Assembly (NCBI GenBank): GCA_951406725.2
Contig: OX597824.1
Location: 35,092,001-35,156,000, forward strand
From: Octopus vulgaris
Taxonomy: Eukaryota
Length of the DNA: 64,000 nt
Direction of reading: 5' to 3'
Shown here: one piece after another, positions 49,177-63,814 of the stretch
Layout of the letters: every line of letters begins with the position of its first letter
Position numbering within the stretch: the first letter of the stretch is position 1
The notes under the pieces: generated by a model
Seen by the model: only the letters and a program-made list of their open reading frames with translations
Told to the model about the DNA's origin: nothing
The model's database searches: none
Made by a program: the position numbers and the translations under genes

Positions 49177-51309
49177 GCACGCAACATTTGCAGCATTCCA
49201 GTCATACAAGTTTACTCATCTTTATATGCCGCAATTCTCTACAAGTTGAAATGATTAAGATTACTCAACAACTCAGTGTCAATGAGTCAAGTACTAACAT
49301 AAACAAAGCACTAATAATCCATTTTATTAGAGGCACTATGCCTGAAATTTGGACTGGGGGAGTGTTAGTTGATTACATCAACTCCAGTGCTCAACTGGCA
49401 TTTGTTTTTTCAATGCCAAAAGTTTGAAAGGCAAAGTCAACCTTGGTGGAATTTGAACACAAAACAAAAGAGACGGATGAAACAATAACCTAATAATGAA
49501 ATTTTGTAATCTATAAGCATAATATAAATTATTTTTACCAAAATCTCTTTGGAATAGTAACCAACCCTAATTCTATCTAGTGTGCCTTAAGGAGGATGAC
49601 CTTTTCAGTTTACCTAATTTATATTCAATAAACTTTGTAATGTCAAATGCAATTTAAATCAATCAAACTTCCTGAAATGCTATTTGTTACTCAGTGACCT
49701 TTAATATTGCATTTAGTTAACAATCACATAGAAAACTGTTTGGTTTGCAGAGGCTTTTATGATCACAATTCAACTTCATTAATGAAGAAAAATAATAATA
49801 ATAAAGCACCTAAATTTCTTACGTTTATAATTCAACACCCAGAAACAATTTTCTAGATTTATTTAAACTTTAATAAGTCTACCCTGGTGATATCATATAA
49901 GTCTCTTTTGTATAAGTCACATAAATTTTATACATTTATTTGGCTCTGATAAAAAAAAAAGACATTATGCTATACAGGGCATGATGTGTCGAAAATGGGT
50001 CATTTCTAAGAAAGAACACATTATGCAGAAGTTCAAATCTTACAATTGTCACAGTCTTCCTCTGAAAGCAAGGAACTTAACTCTGCTTAGTTTAGATGCC
50101 TGACTGATAAAAAAAAAAAAAAAATAAAGATTACACTACAGGCGCAGGCAAAGCTATGTGGTAAGAAGCTTGCTTCCCAACCTTGTGTTTTTGGGTTCAG
50201 TCCCACTGTGTGGCACCTTCGGCAAGTGTTTTTTACTAGAGCCTTGGGCAGACAAAAGACTTGTGAGTGGAAACTGAAAGAAGCTTAGTGTTTGTGTGTT
50301 TGTATGTGTGTGTGTGTGTGTATGTGTGTCTCTCTCTCTCTCTCTCTCTTTGTATGTGTCTTTATGTCTGTTTGTCCCCTCTCCTCCATCACTGCTTCAG
50401 AACTGGTGCTCCTTTAACTTAGTGGATCAGCAAAAGGAACTGATAGAATTAAGTACCAGGCTTTAAAAAAATAAGCACTGGGGTCGATTCATTCAACCAC
50501 AAATTCTTCATAGTGGTGCCCCAGCATGGCCGCAGTCTAATGAGTGAAATAATAAAAGACAAAAGAAACAACTTGACAATTAAGTGAAAGAATGAGCGTC
50601 TGACCATAAAACAATTGATTCAACAAATAGATAACCATACATGCATTTATGAGGAAACATGCAAAATATCAATATCAATAAAATATCCAACAACATGGAA
50701 ACCAAAGATTTAAAGATGGGGAGATATGGTATTGGACTGCCCATGCTGGGACACCACCTTAAAGGATTTAGTACATCACATTAATCCTAATTTTCATTTT
50801 AAATCTAGTTTTTATTCTACTGCTCGTTCCCTCTCTCTCTCTATCTCTTTGCCAAGCCACTAAAATAACAAAGTTGTAAATAAACTAACACAGATTATCA
50901 AACAGTGCTAACATAACAAGATAGTGGGTGAGGCAAACACAAAGATAAACACATACAGATATGCATTCTTTCACACACACACACATAAGCTATATATTAT
51001 ATATCTTTATGATTGGCTTCAACAGTTTGCATTTACTAAATTTACTAAGAGGGTATGGTCAAATTGGGAATATAACAGATGCCCTCCAAGGTGCTACATG
51101 GTGAAACAGAACTTGAAAAGCAAGTAATGTTTTATCTTTCACTTGTTCTAGTTATTAGGTTGCAGCCATGCCAGGACACTGCTTTGATGAATTTTAGTCA
51201 AATGAATTGACCCCACTATTTATCTTTTTTAAGCCTGGTACTTACTTACTTATTCTGCAGGTCTCTTTTTCCAAACTGTTAAATTACAAGTATGTTAACA
51301 CAGACACTA

Positions 51310-51660
51310 TCATCATCATCGTTTAATGCCCGTTTTCCATGCTAGCATGGGTTGGACGGTTCAACTGGGGTCTGGGAAGCCAGAAGGCTGCGCCAGGCCC
51401 AGTCTGATCTGGCAGTGTTTCTACAGCTGGATGCCCTTCCTAACGCCAACCACTCTGTGAGTGTAGTGGGTGCTTTTTACATGCCGCCTGCACAGGTGCC
51501 AGACAAGGCTGGCAATGGCCACAGTTGGATTTGTGCTTTTTTTACGTGCCACCGGCACGGAGGCCAGTCAGGGCAGCGCTGGCAATGGCCACGTTCGGAT
51601 GGTTCTCTTACGTGCCACCGGCACTGGTATCACAACTACAATTTCCATTGATGTTGATCG
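51310..51660 (-). mobile_element. Short 3'-end copy of the RTE LINE; other copies at ~10150-10415(+), 18890-19290(+), 19465-19770(-), 24350-24660(-), 25280-25790(+), 37495-37640(-), 39730-39910(+), 62270-62450(+)
   Basis: Shared GGAAGGGCATCCAGCTGTAGAAAC...CCAACCCATGCTAGCATGGAAA...(GAT)n end matching the long RTE copies. Confidence 0.88.
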
Positions 51661-51671
51661 ATTTCTATTTT

Positions 51672-51712
<41 letters not shown>

Positions 51713-51938
51713 TTTATAACAATGCATAATGTATGTCTGTGGCCTTCTTCAGCCGCGCACAACAGCTTCCACAAGGACATGTGTTACATCAAAAATTCTT
51801 GGTTGGGGATGCAAATCCTCCCATTCGCGTACGACATAATGCGGTAGCAACATAGAATTGAAGCGTCCATCTCTTTCTTCTCTCAATACCACCAAACGGT
51901 ATACACAGGTGCTTATAATTATCAAGTACTCACCCCGA

Positions 51939-51987
<49 letters not shown>

Positions 51988-53410
51988 TATAAACACAACA
52001 GGTTTCTTTCAGTTTCTGTCTACCAAATCCACTTACAAGGATTTGGTAAATCCCAGGCTACAGTAGAAGACAATCTGTCCAAAGTGACATGTGGTGGGAC
52101 AACCTGGAACCATATGGTTGGGAAGCAAACTGCCTACCACACAACCATGCCATGTCCGCAAAGCCATGACATGCCTGTTGAATTTTTAACTATAAAATGA
52201 GTAATGATGGACTGCATCACATCTGTCAGTCTCTGACATATCCCTTCGTTTACACGCATACTTCTAACCAACTCTCCCATTAATATTCATCACACTCTTA
52301 CCAGCTAACAATACCTCTGTTGCTTTCATTGACATTCATCACACATACCAACTGCCTCTCTTTCTCTCTCTCTCACCAGCATTTAGTGCCTCCTCCATTT
52401 CATCACGAGGCCTGAGTAATGAGTTAATTGCAATCACTAGAGTTGAGTAACGAGAGATTGTATCAGATCTGATGCAATTTGATATACTTCCTATATAAGC
52501 CTCACTTTCTCTCTCTCCTGCCAACAAATATGTAACTGTCATTAGTGTGGCTTTCCCATCACAATATCTGATTAAGGATGGCCTGAGCGGGATCTGGTAT
52601 AACCCTTTCCCCACCCTTCAACCCCTCAAGTATCTATCAGTATCTTATCACAAACTAATCCTTCTCTGCCTTCTCTCACTAGCAAACTTTACCCATCTGT
52701 TATACTTTTGTATTGCTCACCACCACTACCACTCCCTCTCTCCCAGGTCATATCTATGACTATTCCATCCTTGACTTTCTCTCCCACTTCCCCCTAGCCA
52801 TTACTGTGTCCCTCATTACACCCTGCTGTTATCATTTCTTTTATTACTCTTTCAAGCAACGTCTCTCTTCTTTTCTCCCTCCATTTCCACACTGTCACCC
52901 CAATTATTCAGTCTGGTACTTGCTTCTTTTCATCCTTTTCACCCTAGTTCATCTTCTGCAATCACTCTCTTGTCTACCTGTTCTACAGCTCATATTAGCC
53001 AATGCAAACAGACACAACATGAAACAATGAGTATCCTTTTCATCTTACATAGTACACTAATGCTGGTGCCTCAATATAATGTATTCATCAACCACTGTAA
53101 AGTGGCTGATAAATGTATGTAGAGCTGATTGGACTCTTAGCTTTATTTTCTTAAGAAAATGACAACCTCTCTAAAGCTGGTACCATGACAAAATGAAGTT
53201 GTTTGCGATAGGAGATGCATCCTAATGTAGAAAACACACTAAAACTTAATGTACAAGATATGCTCCTCTGACTCATTTAGAAGGATGACTCATTAAGAAC
53301 TGACTCAGTGACAATCCATCCAACCCATACCACCATGGAAAGCAGATGTAAAACATGAGAATGTGTGTAAGTGTGTGAGTATATATGTGTGTGTGTGAAT
53401 ATATGTGTGA

Positions 53411-53454
<44 letters not shown>

Positions 53455-54439
53455 GCGTTACATTTTACAGTGATCCATATGTTGTGGAAAGGAAAATCAG
53501 AAGTTCTTTTCTCGTAATTTCTTAACATTTTGACATTGGAGTCTGTTAGGGCAGTGAAGCTTCTAGTTTTTACAAAGTTACCTGTGCCACTGTGTGACTT
53601 TTTTATATGACAATCTTCAGATGCTGTAGAACACAAAATGTGTGCCTTTGCAGAGGGGAACAGAAAATTTCCTTTTTCTAAAGTTTTGATTTCACTTTTG
53701 AAATTCTCTGAATCTTGAACAATATACAAAAAACTAATTGAATGCTGAATATTTGATGTTTGTCAAAAAGATAACAGAAAGAAATCCTATTCTTTCAGGT
53801 TTTCTGAGTGGGACAGCACCTTGTAGGACAATATACTGTTGCAGAGGGGAAGTCGCAGAGGAGCAAAAGTGCCCACTTCAATAACTTCTTATAAACTAAA
53901 CAATTATACTCAAGTATGTCAACAACATACTTTAATTTCCAAATTTGTTTCAACTGTGCAAAGTTTTCATAAATTTCCACAGTTTGGAGCAAATCTACAT
54001 TTTGCTTTAAAATGGGAATTTAGAAAATAAATATATACAGACAAGCATCAATTAAAATGAAAGTATAAATAATTATTTAAGAACACTCAATCTAAATGTT
54101 TAATGCACATGAAAGAGTTATTATAACATATTCTAGCTCCTTTCGAGTTTTGTCAAACCTGCTCTAAAAAATGCATAAGTTACTAAATATAAAAATTATG
54201 AATAATTATATATAATAAATATATAATTGTATACAAAGTCTGACTGTTTACCAAAATCACTCATCAAAAAATTGCAAATCAAAGGGGTAAAATATTTAAA
54301 AATATCCTTAAGAAACACACTCTTAAAGCAGAAAAAAGTCTGCTTGAAAACAAAGAGACACTTGTGCTCTCCAGCTCAACAAATACTTTTACAGTGGTGT
54401 TTCGTGAGAAGAGCAAATGCTTTCTTGATGTTCTCTAGC

Positions 54440-55990
54440 TCAACAACTGTAAAGGGCCCAGTGCCAACCAACTGGATAGGACCATAGAACACATTATTTG
54501 TATGACAAGTGTCAATATCATCCCTTCTGGGTCAGTTGAAGGTGTTGATACTAGCAACAACAGATCTATGAAGAAACTTGAACTTAATCATACAACCAGA
54601 GGCATGTTCTAAGGCCCTGCCAATGTAGAACTGGCAAAGATAATCAACAGCATAGTACTGCTCCACATGCACTGTGATGCAGTTGGGAGAACCTGGCTCT
54701 ACAAGAACTGCTGCTGGTTGATCTAGTTTGTTCAAGTGTTGGTGACTAAGTGAATTCTGTGCATGGTTCTTGGACTTCGAATTGGGAATACTTGGCAGTA
54801 ATGATTGAGCCAGCATCAGCTTTTGCAACAAAATGGATGGCATGAGTATTTGGGATTGCCCTGCAATCAGTCCATCTTTGATTCAACTTCTCTGAGTGGC
54901 TGTTGATAGAGGATTGTGGAACAAAAAGCATATGAATTTTTTTGCACACTTTGCATTTGTCACAACCTCTTTATTCTGCAAAATAGATCGCCAAACTGTA
55001 TGCTTGACTTTGCCACCAACACCATCCACTTTCCATGTGCAGTCTCAAAAAATGACCATGAAGATTCTGCACTAAAGTCATGCTAATAATAAAGAAAGTT
55101 TGCCAGGGTGTACTTGTTTTTGAACTGAGAGCCAGCAACATCACTCCAGTAGAGTATTTTGGAGACCTGGGTTAACTGCTAACCTCAATGATAATGGCTG
55201 TGTTGAAAGCAGAGACACTTGCGCTCTTCATGCTTCATTTCATCAGAAACAACTACATATGATGCATGCTCAAGTTCACCTTCTTTGCCCTTAAAGCCAC
55301 AGCAGTGAAAAGAGTGACATGTTGCTGAACCAGTGAGCTGCCATCACTTCTTTCTGGTGCTTCAGTTGAAAATTTTCTGAAAAATCTTCTTGAATGATCA
55401 CTTCACTAGTTTTCAGGTTGTGTTTCAGGAACTTGAGTTCTGCAAACTGCTGCTTAATGTTGTAAATGTGTTTGCTGAATGGCTGTAGTTCCTCCACAAG
55501 ATCTTTTCCCTCAGCAATTGTGCATTCCTGCAACAGCTTTCTCACTCACTTATTTTTGCCAGTCACCCACTGATGATAAGATACCATGAAATCTTCATTA
55601 GCATCAGTAAACACTTCATCTTCTGGCTCAGTAACTCCACGTTTTCTATTTACACAACATATCTACTCAAGACTGCAGACTGTTTGCATTAGGACTTCAC
55701 ACTTTTTCCGTAACAGACTTCCCCTCCACAACAAAAAAATACTTATGTACCTTGGACAGAACAAAAAAACATCTGGCCATTTTGAAAACATTATTGAGTA
55801 GATCTGGCCTAAAAACAGAGGTTCTGAAATGCAAGTTCTGAATTGGCCATTTGTGTGAGAACAAGACTTAAAAGCCTTAAAATGTTTATGGAGGGGAAAA
55901 TCATTTATTGGACAAGTAAGGCTGGTGTTTCTCTGAAGCAGATTTAGGTGTTCAATATTACTGAATATTTGTGCCCTTGAGGAGTCCATG
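54440..55990 (-). mobile_element. Decayed DDD DNA-transposase, probably Sola superfamily (Sola2-like)
   Basis: EDFSENFQLKHQKEVMAAHW; YWSDVAGSQFKNKY; WSFFETAHGK..DGVGGKVK; several frameshifts; subgroup assigned from motif memory. Confidence 0.7.
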
Positions 55991-56064
55991 TCCCAGTACT
56001 TTGAACCAGTTAAAGTCTTTTCTATTTCTCTCTAGCAAAAAGAAGAAAAAAAACATTTTCCCCT

Positions 56065-56651
56065 CCACAACGGTCAAACTTAGATTCAATCATGACTGCT
56101 TTTGATCTTCTGTGAGCAAGTGAGACACAAATTTTGCTGCAACTCTTTTCATTTGCAATTCCTTGCTCAAAGTTCATTTGCAAGAACTCCAGGATATACC
56201 AGTCATATCAACAAGTTTGTCAATTCTTTGGTGATGGTTCATGAATTTTCGTGAGGTTTTCATTCATCTAGGATGCTGATGGTCACCCTTGAACAAGGTT
56301 GGTCTTCAAGTGACAATTCCTAAAGCATGAAAACCACACATAAACTTGTGTTTTGCTCATGGCAGCATCCTTGTAAGCTGTTTGAAGCAATGACAACTGT
56401 TTTGTCTGCCATTTCTCCCAGCAAGAAACAGAATTTCACAGAAGCATGCTGTTCCTTCATTTCAGCCATCACAAAAATCAATAAACAGGATAGAAGCACT
56501 GCAAAACAAAGATGCACCACATGGCAATACAACTCCACTCAACGCTGCCAGTTGGCAGGCTGATACCTGAGAGTCACATCAAGTGGCTTCTAGTGGTGGA
56601 AGCCTGAACTACTCATAGAGAATGTTTCCAGTTACTTTTGGGTACCCCCTC
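56065..56651 (-). mobile_element. mariner-like element 5' half with left TIR
   Basis: MKEQHASVKFCFLLG HTH start; terminus TAAGAGGGGGTACCCAAAAGTAACTGGAAA on the minus strand. Confidence 0.78.
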
Positions 56652-57520
56652 TTATTCACCAGAACATAAGCTTCATGAAATTTTCATTAGAAATAGTGTT
56701 AAGCTAAGTTACAGTTGCAAAGACAATTTTCTAACTTCACTAGCTGGGATTAATGAGGAAAAAATGCCCACTCTGAAATATACAAAATCCAACCCCATAA
56801 TGCAGTTTCCTCACCAGTAACATCTGTCCACTAAATGGTAAATGCCTTCAAAAAGAGTCAGCAAAAACAATGAGTTACATAAGCCCTATAGAAATTATTT
56901 TCAAACCTGGGTATAACCAGTCTACATTGTCATTAAAAAAATGAGTTACAACATCACTTTCCAAGTATATTTGGAATCTGAAGGACCATGGCTTTCATAA
57001 CTACAATACTGATCTGTCAGTTATTAAATCCACATCAGCATATATCAGTTAGAGTACAAATACCTCCTCAACTAGGAGAAATACAAAATTCTAATACAAT
57101 CATTACAACTATTTTGAAATTAGAACTAATTGCTTCATGCCCTAATAATAGAAAATTTGTACAACATTCAACTTTGCAAGAGTTCACTGCATGACTCTTG
57201 ACTCTTATAAAACTTTCATGCTTTTCTTCTACTGCTACTCAATATCTTTTGGCCTGCTACCATTCATTTTGCAGTTTTATATCACACATAACACACATCA
57301 TATCCAAGCAAATTGCAGCAGACTTTCTTTAAACCAGCCCCAACCTTATCAACTTTCATCAGTTTATACTTGTTTCAAATATTCAATCTGTATTTTTCCA
57401 TTTTAACAAAAAAATATGCACAGACATATGCATCATTTAAAACAACACTGACTTATAATTCTGTCTGTACCTCTCCAGATTTTCTATAAATTTGCATACC
57501 TTTTTTCTTGCCCTTTACAC

Positions 57521-58189
57521 CAAGGGTTGGGGAACTTTTTAACCAATTACCCCAAAATATATTTATTTACGCCGATGTTACTCCACTTGATTTGAAAGGA
57601 AGAAAATCCTAGATTCTTTGAATACAAATGGGTTATTGAATCTATTTATATAGAGAATGCAATTATAAATATAAAAAGTATAAAACAAATGCGATAAAAT
57701 AAATTAATATCCTCATTATGAAACAAAAGAATTTTTCTAGAAATCTTTTCACATCAGGTTTTGGAGAAATGATGTTTCATTTCTGTTACAATTACATCAA
57801 AATTGGGGCATTTTGATACCAGAGCAATTTGGATACAGTCTTAGGGTCAAATTGATTTTGTTAACGGGTTGAATTGAATAATTACTTAAATCTACTTAAA
57901 CAAAGCAAAAACACATGTCAAAAAATAAGGTTAAGATGGGTAATAGACAACTGACAAATAATATCAGTTTAGTTACTTGACAACGCTTTAGCAACCAAAT
58001 TGTTTGTAATTCAATGTGGTTTTATGTCTCCTAAACATGACCATTACGCTGGACAGATACAATATTGTCAGAAGAAAAATGTCTGTCATAACAAAGAACA
58101 CATTTTTTATACAATTTTACTTATGTCTACTGAGTCCTCATTTCATTTTACCCCACTTGGGCTAATTTACCCCGGTTCACCAACCCCTG
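57521..58189. mobile_element. 669-bp non-autonomous hAT element
   Basis: 8-bp TSD CTTTACAC at 57513-57520 and 58190-58197; TIR CAAGGGTTGGGGAAC vs CAGGGGTTGGTGAAC (13/15). Confidence 0.92.
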
Positions 58190-58494
58190 CTTTACACAGT
58201 GTGCCCTACTATATTTGTATACATATTTTATGATTAACATAATTATCTCATATCCATTTAACTATGTGTGTACGTATGCTTATATTTGTATAATAGCTTA
58301 AAAGCTGCATTCCGTGTGGACTTGTAAGCTAACTCCTGCAGAGGGCTCATTGGGCCTGTGGCGCAAAACCAAACAGAGCAACAATAATAAAACATTTATT
58401 GGTGCCCTACCAATATGGTATTACTTTAAATTCAGTTTAAATGAAAAACATGTAACTTAACAAATTTTTGAAGTTCTTTTAAAATTTGAATAGA

Positions 58495-58536
<42 letters not shown>

Positions 58537-59579
58537 GAAATTTACAGAAAAACAAAAGATAGAGACAGGTGTATAAACAACAAACAGGTGTTTTAGTTTG
58601 ATGCTTGGGAAAGTGAGAAAGTCTTTTACGTTTCAAGCCTACACACTTCAACATAAATGAACATGAGTAAATAAACAGAGAGAGAATAAAAAACACTTGT
58701 GGATTTAGCAGTCGTGTGTTTGTGTGTGTAAAAGAGTGGGTGTGTGTGTAAAAGAGTGGTTTCAGGTTCAGTCCCAGTGCATGGCACCTTGAGCTAGTGT
58801 CTTCTATTATACCTTTGGGCTGACCAAAGCCTTGTGAGTGAATTTGGTAGATGGAAACTGAAACAAGCCTGTCGTACGTATGTACATATATATGTATGTA
58901 TGTATTTGTGTATGTATCTTTGTGTCTGTGTTTGTCACTCTATCGCTACTTGACAACCGGTGTTAGTGTTTACATTCCTGTAAGTTAGTAGTTCAGCAAA
59001 AAAAAGGCCAGTAGAACAAGTACTAGGTTTAAAAAAAAAGTCTTAAGGTTTGTTTGTTCAACTAAAACCTTTCAAGGCGTTGCTCCAGTAAGGCCACAAT
59101 TAAATGACTGAAACAAGTAAAAGAATAAAAGAAAAAAAAACTTTTAAAAGGAAATGGTTGACAGTGACTTTGAAGTTTTGGTTTGCTTGCCTTCATCAGT
59201 CTGTTAATTTATTCCTTGTAAAAGTTTATTAGTATATATATATTTCTGTAGACTGCCTCATTATTATGGTCAGCAATTTCAATGGATATGTTAACCAACA
59301 AAATGATGGCTTCCATGAAATACAAGGAAGCTAGAGATATGAGTTCAAGAAATGAGGAGGGCATAACGCTCCTGATGTTTTGTGATTTAGCTCATCTAAC
59401 AATTTACAGCACACACTTTTAGGAAACCAGCCAACCACCTCATCATCTAGTAATCTGGCAAACACACAACAGATTACATTTTCATTAGGAAACACGACAG
59501 AAAAGCTATTGTAAATACCAAAACCTTTCCTGGCAAAGGATGCACTGCAAATCACAGATTGGTAGCCAGCAGCTTCAGT

Positions 59580-61670
59580 CAGAGCTAAGCATATTTTGAA
59601 GTAAAAGACAACTTGGAAAAGGAAAATATGGAAACTAGAAGATCCTGCAATTGGGAATAGGTTTAGAGAAATTCTAATTGATGTATTTGACTGAAGGGAG
59701 GAAGATTTAGATACTAATGGCATGGATGACAACTGAGAATTTCTAAAAAATAATCTGCTCAGAGTTACAGACCAGACAAAGTTCCAGTTAAACCAAAGAA
59801 ATGAGGAAATGATAAGGTTGATATAGCAGTAAAAGATAAGAGACAAGTTTCAAAAACTTGGAAAGAAGGTCGAGCATTATCAAATGGTTAAAAGAGCAGT
59901 TATTTGGCTAAAGGTAAGGCAAAATGAAGAGATTTGCACATATCCTGTAATGTGAAGATCAGAGTTGTGAAGCGTTCAGGATTGTGAGACAATGTGTGAG
60001 AGAGAACTGAGATGTCATTGGTGAAAAGAGTATTTGAAATGATGAAGGTATATTCACCATTGTCATGGAACCAAAGAAATTGGTATGGAAGTGCTATTGT
60101 GAAAAGGGGGACTACTGACTGCACTGAGGGATTAACAATTCAAGTTGACAGCAGCAAAGTAGATAAAACAGCCAAGGATATGAAGGCAAAAAGAGTTGCA
60201 GATCTATCAGTGACAGTTGCAGAAATGCTCAAAATATTTGGTGAGGCAGGATGCATGATTACCACCTGGATAGTAAATATACAGGAAGGTGTCATACCCA
60301 ATGATTGGTGTAGCAGCATCATTGTAAAATGATACAAAGGCAGAAGAAAAGCTTTAGAGAGAAGCAACTATAAAGGGCTTAAACTATTGAATCAGGTTAT
60401 GAAGGTCATAGAGAAAGAGTCATAACCCAATTGATGTATGACAGAGTAGACCTAGATGAGATGCAGTTTAGCTTGTCCCTGAAAGAGGCACCATGGATGT
60501 AGTCTTCCTAGTCAGGCAACTGCAGGAGAAATACTTGGCAAAGACTAAACTGATATTCTTGGGTCTCATTGATCTATAGAAAGTGGTCCACACTCCATAA
60601 TTTGGTGGTCAATAAGGAAAGTAGATATAGATGAATGACTTGTAAGAGTTGCATATGCTATGTACAAATATGCAGGGAGTAAAGTGAGAGCAGGCAACAA
60701 TTTCAGCGACAAATTTAGTGTAAAGGTACTTCATCGAATCTTAGTCCTCTCCTATTTGTCATAGTCCAACAGGCTATCATGGAGGAGTTGAAGAGTAGCT
60801 GTCCATGGGAATTCCTATATACTAATGATCCAGTTCTTGTAGCTAAATCTATAGAGGAATTTTAAAATTTCAGGCTTGGAAAATAAACCAAGAATTGAGA
60901 GGTCTCAGGATAGACCAACCAAAAACAAAGGGTTTAGTAAGTACAGAAGAAGTCAAAAACCTGGTATCTTCAGAAAAATGGTCATGGTTGATATGCAGAG
61001 AAGATACTAACTCTATACACTGTACTCAATGTATGCTATGGACATACAAGAGATGTGGAAGAATCACAGGCAGATTAACAGAGAATGTAAGCTTCGTATG
61101 TGATAGATACACTGGTGCAGTAGAAACTAAGAGTACACTGGAAATAGTTTCACTTAAATGCCCAGATGACTCACCAGAAGTAGTAGACAGCTTTTGTTAT
61201 TTAGGGAATGTAATTAGCAAGGAAGGTGATTGCTTTGAAAGTATAGTAGCCAGAGTGAAGGGCAGATTTGTATGGTGCCTGTATTAGAACCACAAAGCTG
61301 CATGGTAGTGAGACATGGGGGCTTCAATGCAGAAAGCTTGAGTAGACTGGTAAGAAATGAAGCAAGCATGCTCCAGTGGATGTGCAATGTGAGTGTGCAT
61401 AAACGACATAGTATAAATGTGCTGAGAGAAAAACAGGGCATAAGAGGAATTGGATGTAGTGTGCAAGAAAGAAGACTGTGCTGGTATTGGACATGTAATG
61501 CTGTATAAAGTAGTGTTGGTCACTCAGTATGGATAGAACATACAGAAGAGGGAAAACCAAAAAATGGGATAAGTGGTGGAAGCTGATCTCAGAACCTTGA
61601 ACCTGATGGAAAAGATGACTAAGGACCAAGATGACTAGCAAATATAGTTTTTGATAAGACCTGCCACTGT
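59580..61670 (+). mobile_element. Older, heavily decayed RTE LINE, copy 3; pyrimidine-rich 3' region probably extends to ~62450
   Basis: AEMLKIFGE...EGVIPNDWCSSIIVK, decayed PHD-like finger CTQCMLWTYKRC, LVRNEASMLQWMCNVS. Confidence 0.85.
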
Positions 61671-63336
61671 GGCAAAACTAAATTTCAAATGAGCTATGTA
61701 GGTGTATGTGTACAAGAGGGCCATTTGCTTTATTTCCTTCTTCACAGAAAGACATTCACAAACCCCAACAGCCCATCACCTTTGTAACTGCTGTTCTTTC
61801 TTGACACCACTTACTTTTCTTATTACTCAGACCCATTTCATTTGTTATCCCATCTTCATCCATTAACACAGTTTCCTCTACCTACCCTTCCACTGAATCA
61901 ACAATTATCCTTCCCCACCACCACACGTCTCTCACTCTTCTTATGCACCATGCTTGCCAATCTCTTTTTCACTCACTCCTGTAACTTATCTAAAAGCATC
62001 CTTCTTTCGTCCTGTCAACTGTTTCATCAGTATTGTTTTGCTGCTCAGCACTGTCAGTCATCTCATACTCCCCACTCCCCATTGTGCTCTGATCCAATCC
62101 CACCCTCTCTTCTAAAATGTGAGTTGTCATGTAGCTCTTTTATAGCAAGAAACCTATTCTACTCCGGTTCCTTCTCTCATGCTCTTACCTATCTTTTCTG
62201 TCTCATCTCCTAGCATAAAGCCCACACCCCTTGGGGTTCATAGCCCTGCAAACTGCTTGACAGCCTCACTAATGCTGGTGACATGAAAAAAGTACCTAGT
62301 ACACACTGCAAGTGGTTGACATTAGGAAGAGCTTCCAGCTACAGGAACCATGGCAAAGCAAATACTGTAATATGATGTAGTCCATGCATCAACTCCTGTC
62401 CAACTGTCCAACCCATGCCAGCATGGAACATGGACATTAAATGATGAGGATAATATAATGTGTGTGTGATGATGATAATATATACACACAGAGTGACTGA
62501 TGAAGGCAAAAAAGCAAACATAAACTTCAAAGTCACTGTCAACTTTTCCTCATATATATATATAAATATATATATACACACACATATACACATTATGCTT
62601 TTTTAGCACAGTATATACATAAGTGATGTTATTTCAGGACAAATACTTCAGTAACTGGCCTACTGACAGTGTGTATATATTAAGTATGATACACAGGTGG
62701 GTATATGTGTACATATTTGTATACACACATATATACATACATATGTATACTTACATACACAAATATATTTATACATCTATATATGTATACATAAATGTCT
62801 ATCTATCTGTATATATAGATATATATACTTCAATAATATATATACACACACATAATCATACATGTGTGTGCATGTGTGGGAGGTCAGATCATTCTTAAAG
62901 CTACTTGTAACATGTAACCCAGTACATGGTGTTTCATGGTTGGACCATTGGCAACTAAACTGGCAACCCTACCAAGCTTGCTTGGTAAGGAGGATGGTTT
63001 GCATTGGACACCCAGCAGGATGTAAAACAACACTTGTCAAAGAACAGATGATCTCAGTAAAGTCAATGGCCATCCAACAAATGGAAATTCCATTATAACA
63101 ACTGCCGCATTGGGAAGCCGGTGATTTTGCATTTTTTTGTATCTGGAATACTTGCTATGGAGGTGAGAATCTTAGTGGTGTTGTGCAGAGATGATATTGA
63201 TGATATAGGCATTACTGTCAGCCATTGTCTTTAACATCTGGGATAAGATAATTTCTCAGTGATGGTCATACTCATTTACAAGTCAGCAACTACCATGCAC
63301 GCATGTGCATGTCTGTGTATCTGCATGTATGTTTTG

Positions 63337-63522
<186 letters not shown>

Positions 63523-63657
63523 TTCTGCTTTGTAAGGGTAATAATACCCAGTTTTTCTGCTGCTCTAATGGTGATACTGCATTCAAAATATCATTTTGTC
63601 TGTACCGTAAACTACACATGGTTGTTATACATATATACACATACATACATGGACATA

Positions 63658-63789
63658 TTTATTGAAGTTGAAAAGACTTGACAAACTGTTACTCAGAGTT
63701 TCATGTAACTGATCACCAGACAGGCATCTGATAATCGGTTAATTGAAAGTCTAGGTAACAGCTTCTCAAGTCTTTTCAGCTTCAATAAA
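63658..63789. repeat. 132-bp hairpin: 63-nt ungapped arms, 6-nt loop
   Basis: 63658-63720 vs reverse complement of 63727-63789 match at 52/63 positions (hand count). Confidence 0.92.
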
Positions 63790-63814
63790 ACCCAATATGG
63801 ATTTATTGATTGCC

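Noticed and set aside
59331-59846. 171-aa minus-strand ORF
   Set aside because: Largely antisense to decayed RTE sequence, low-complexity composition, no recognisable domain
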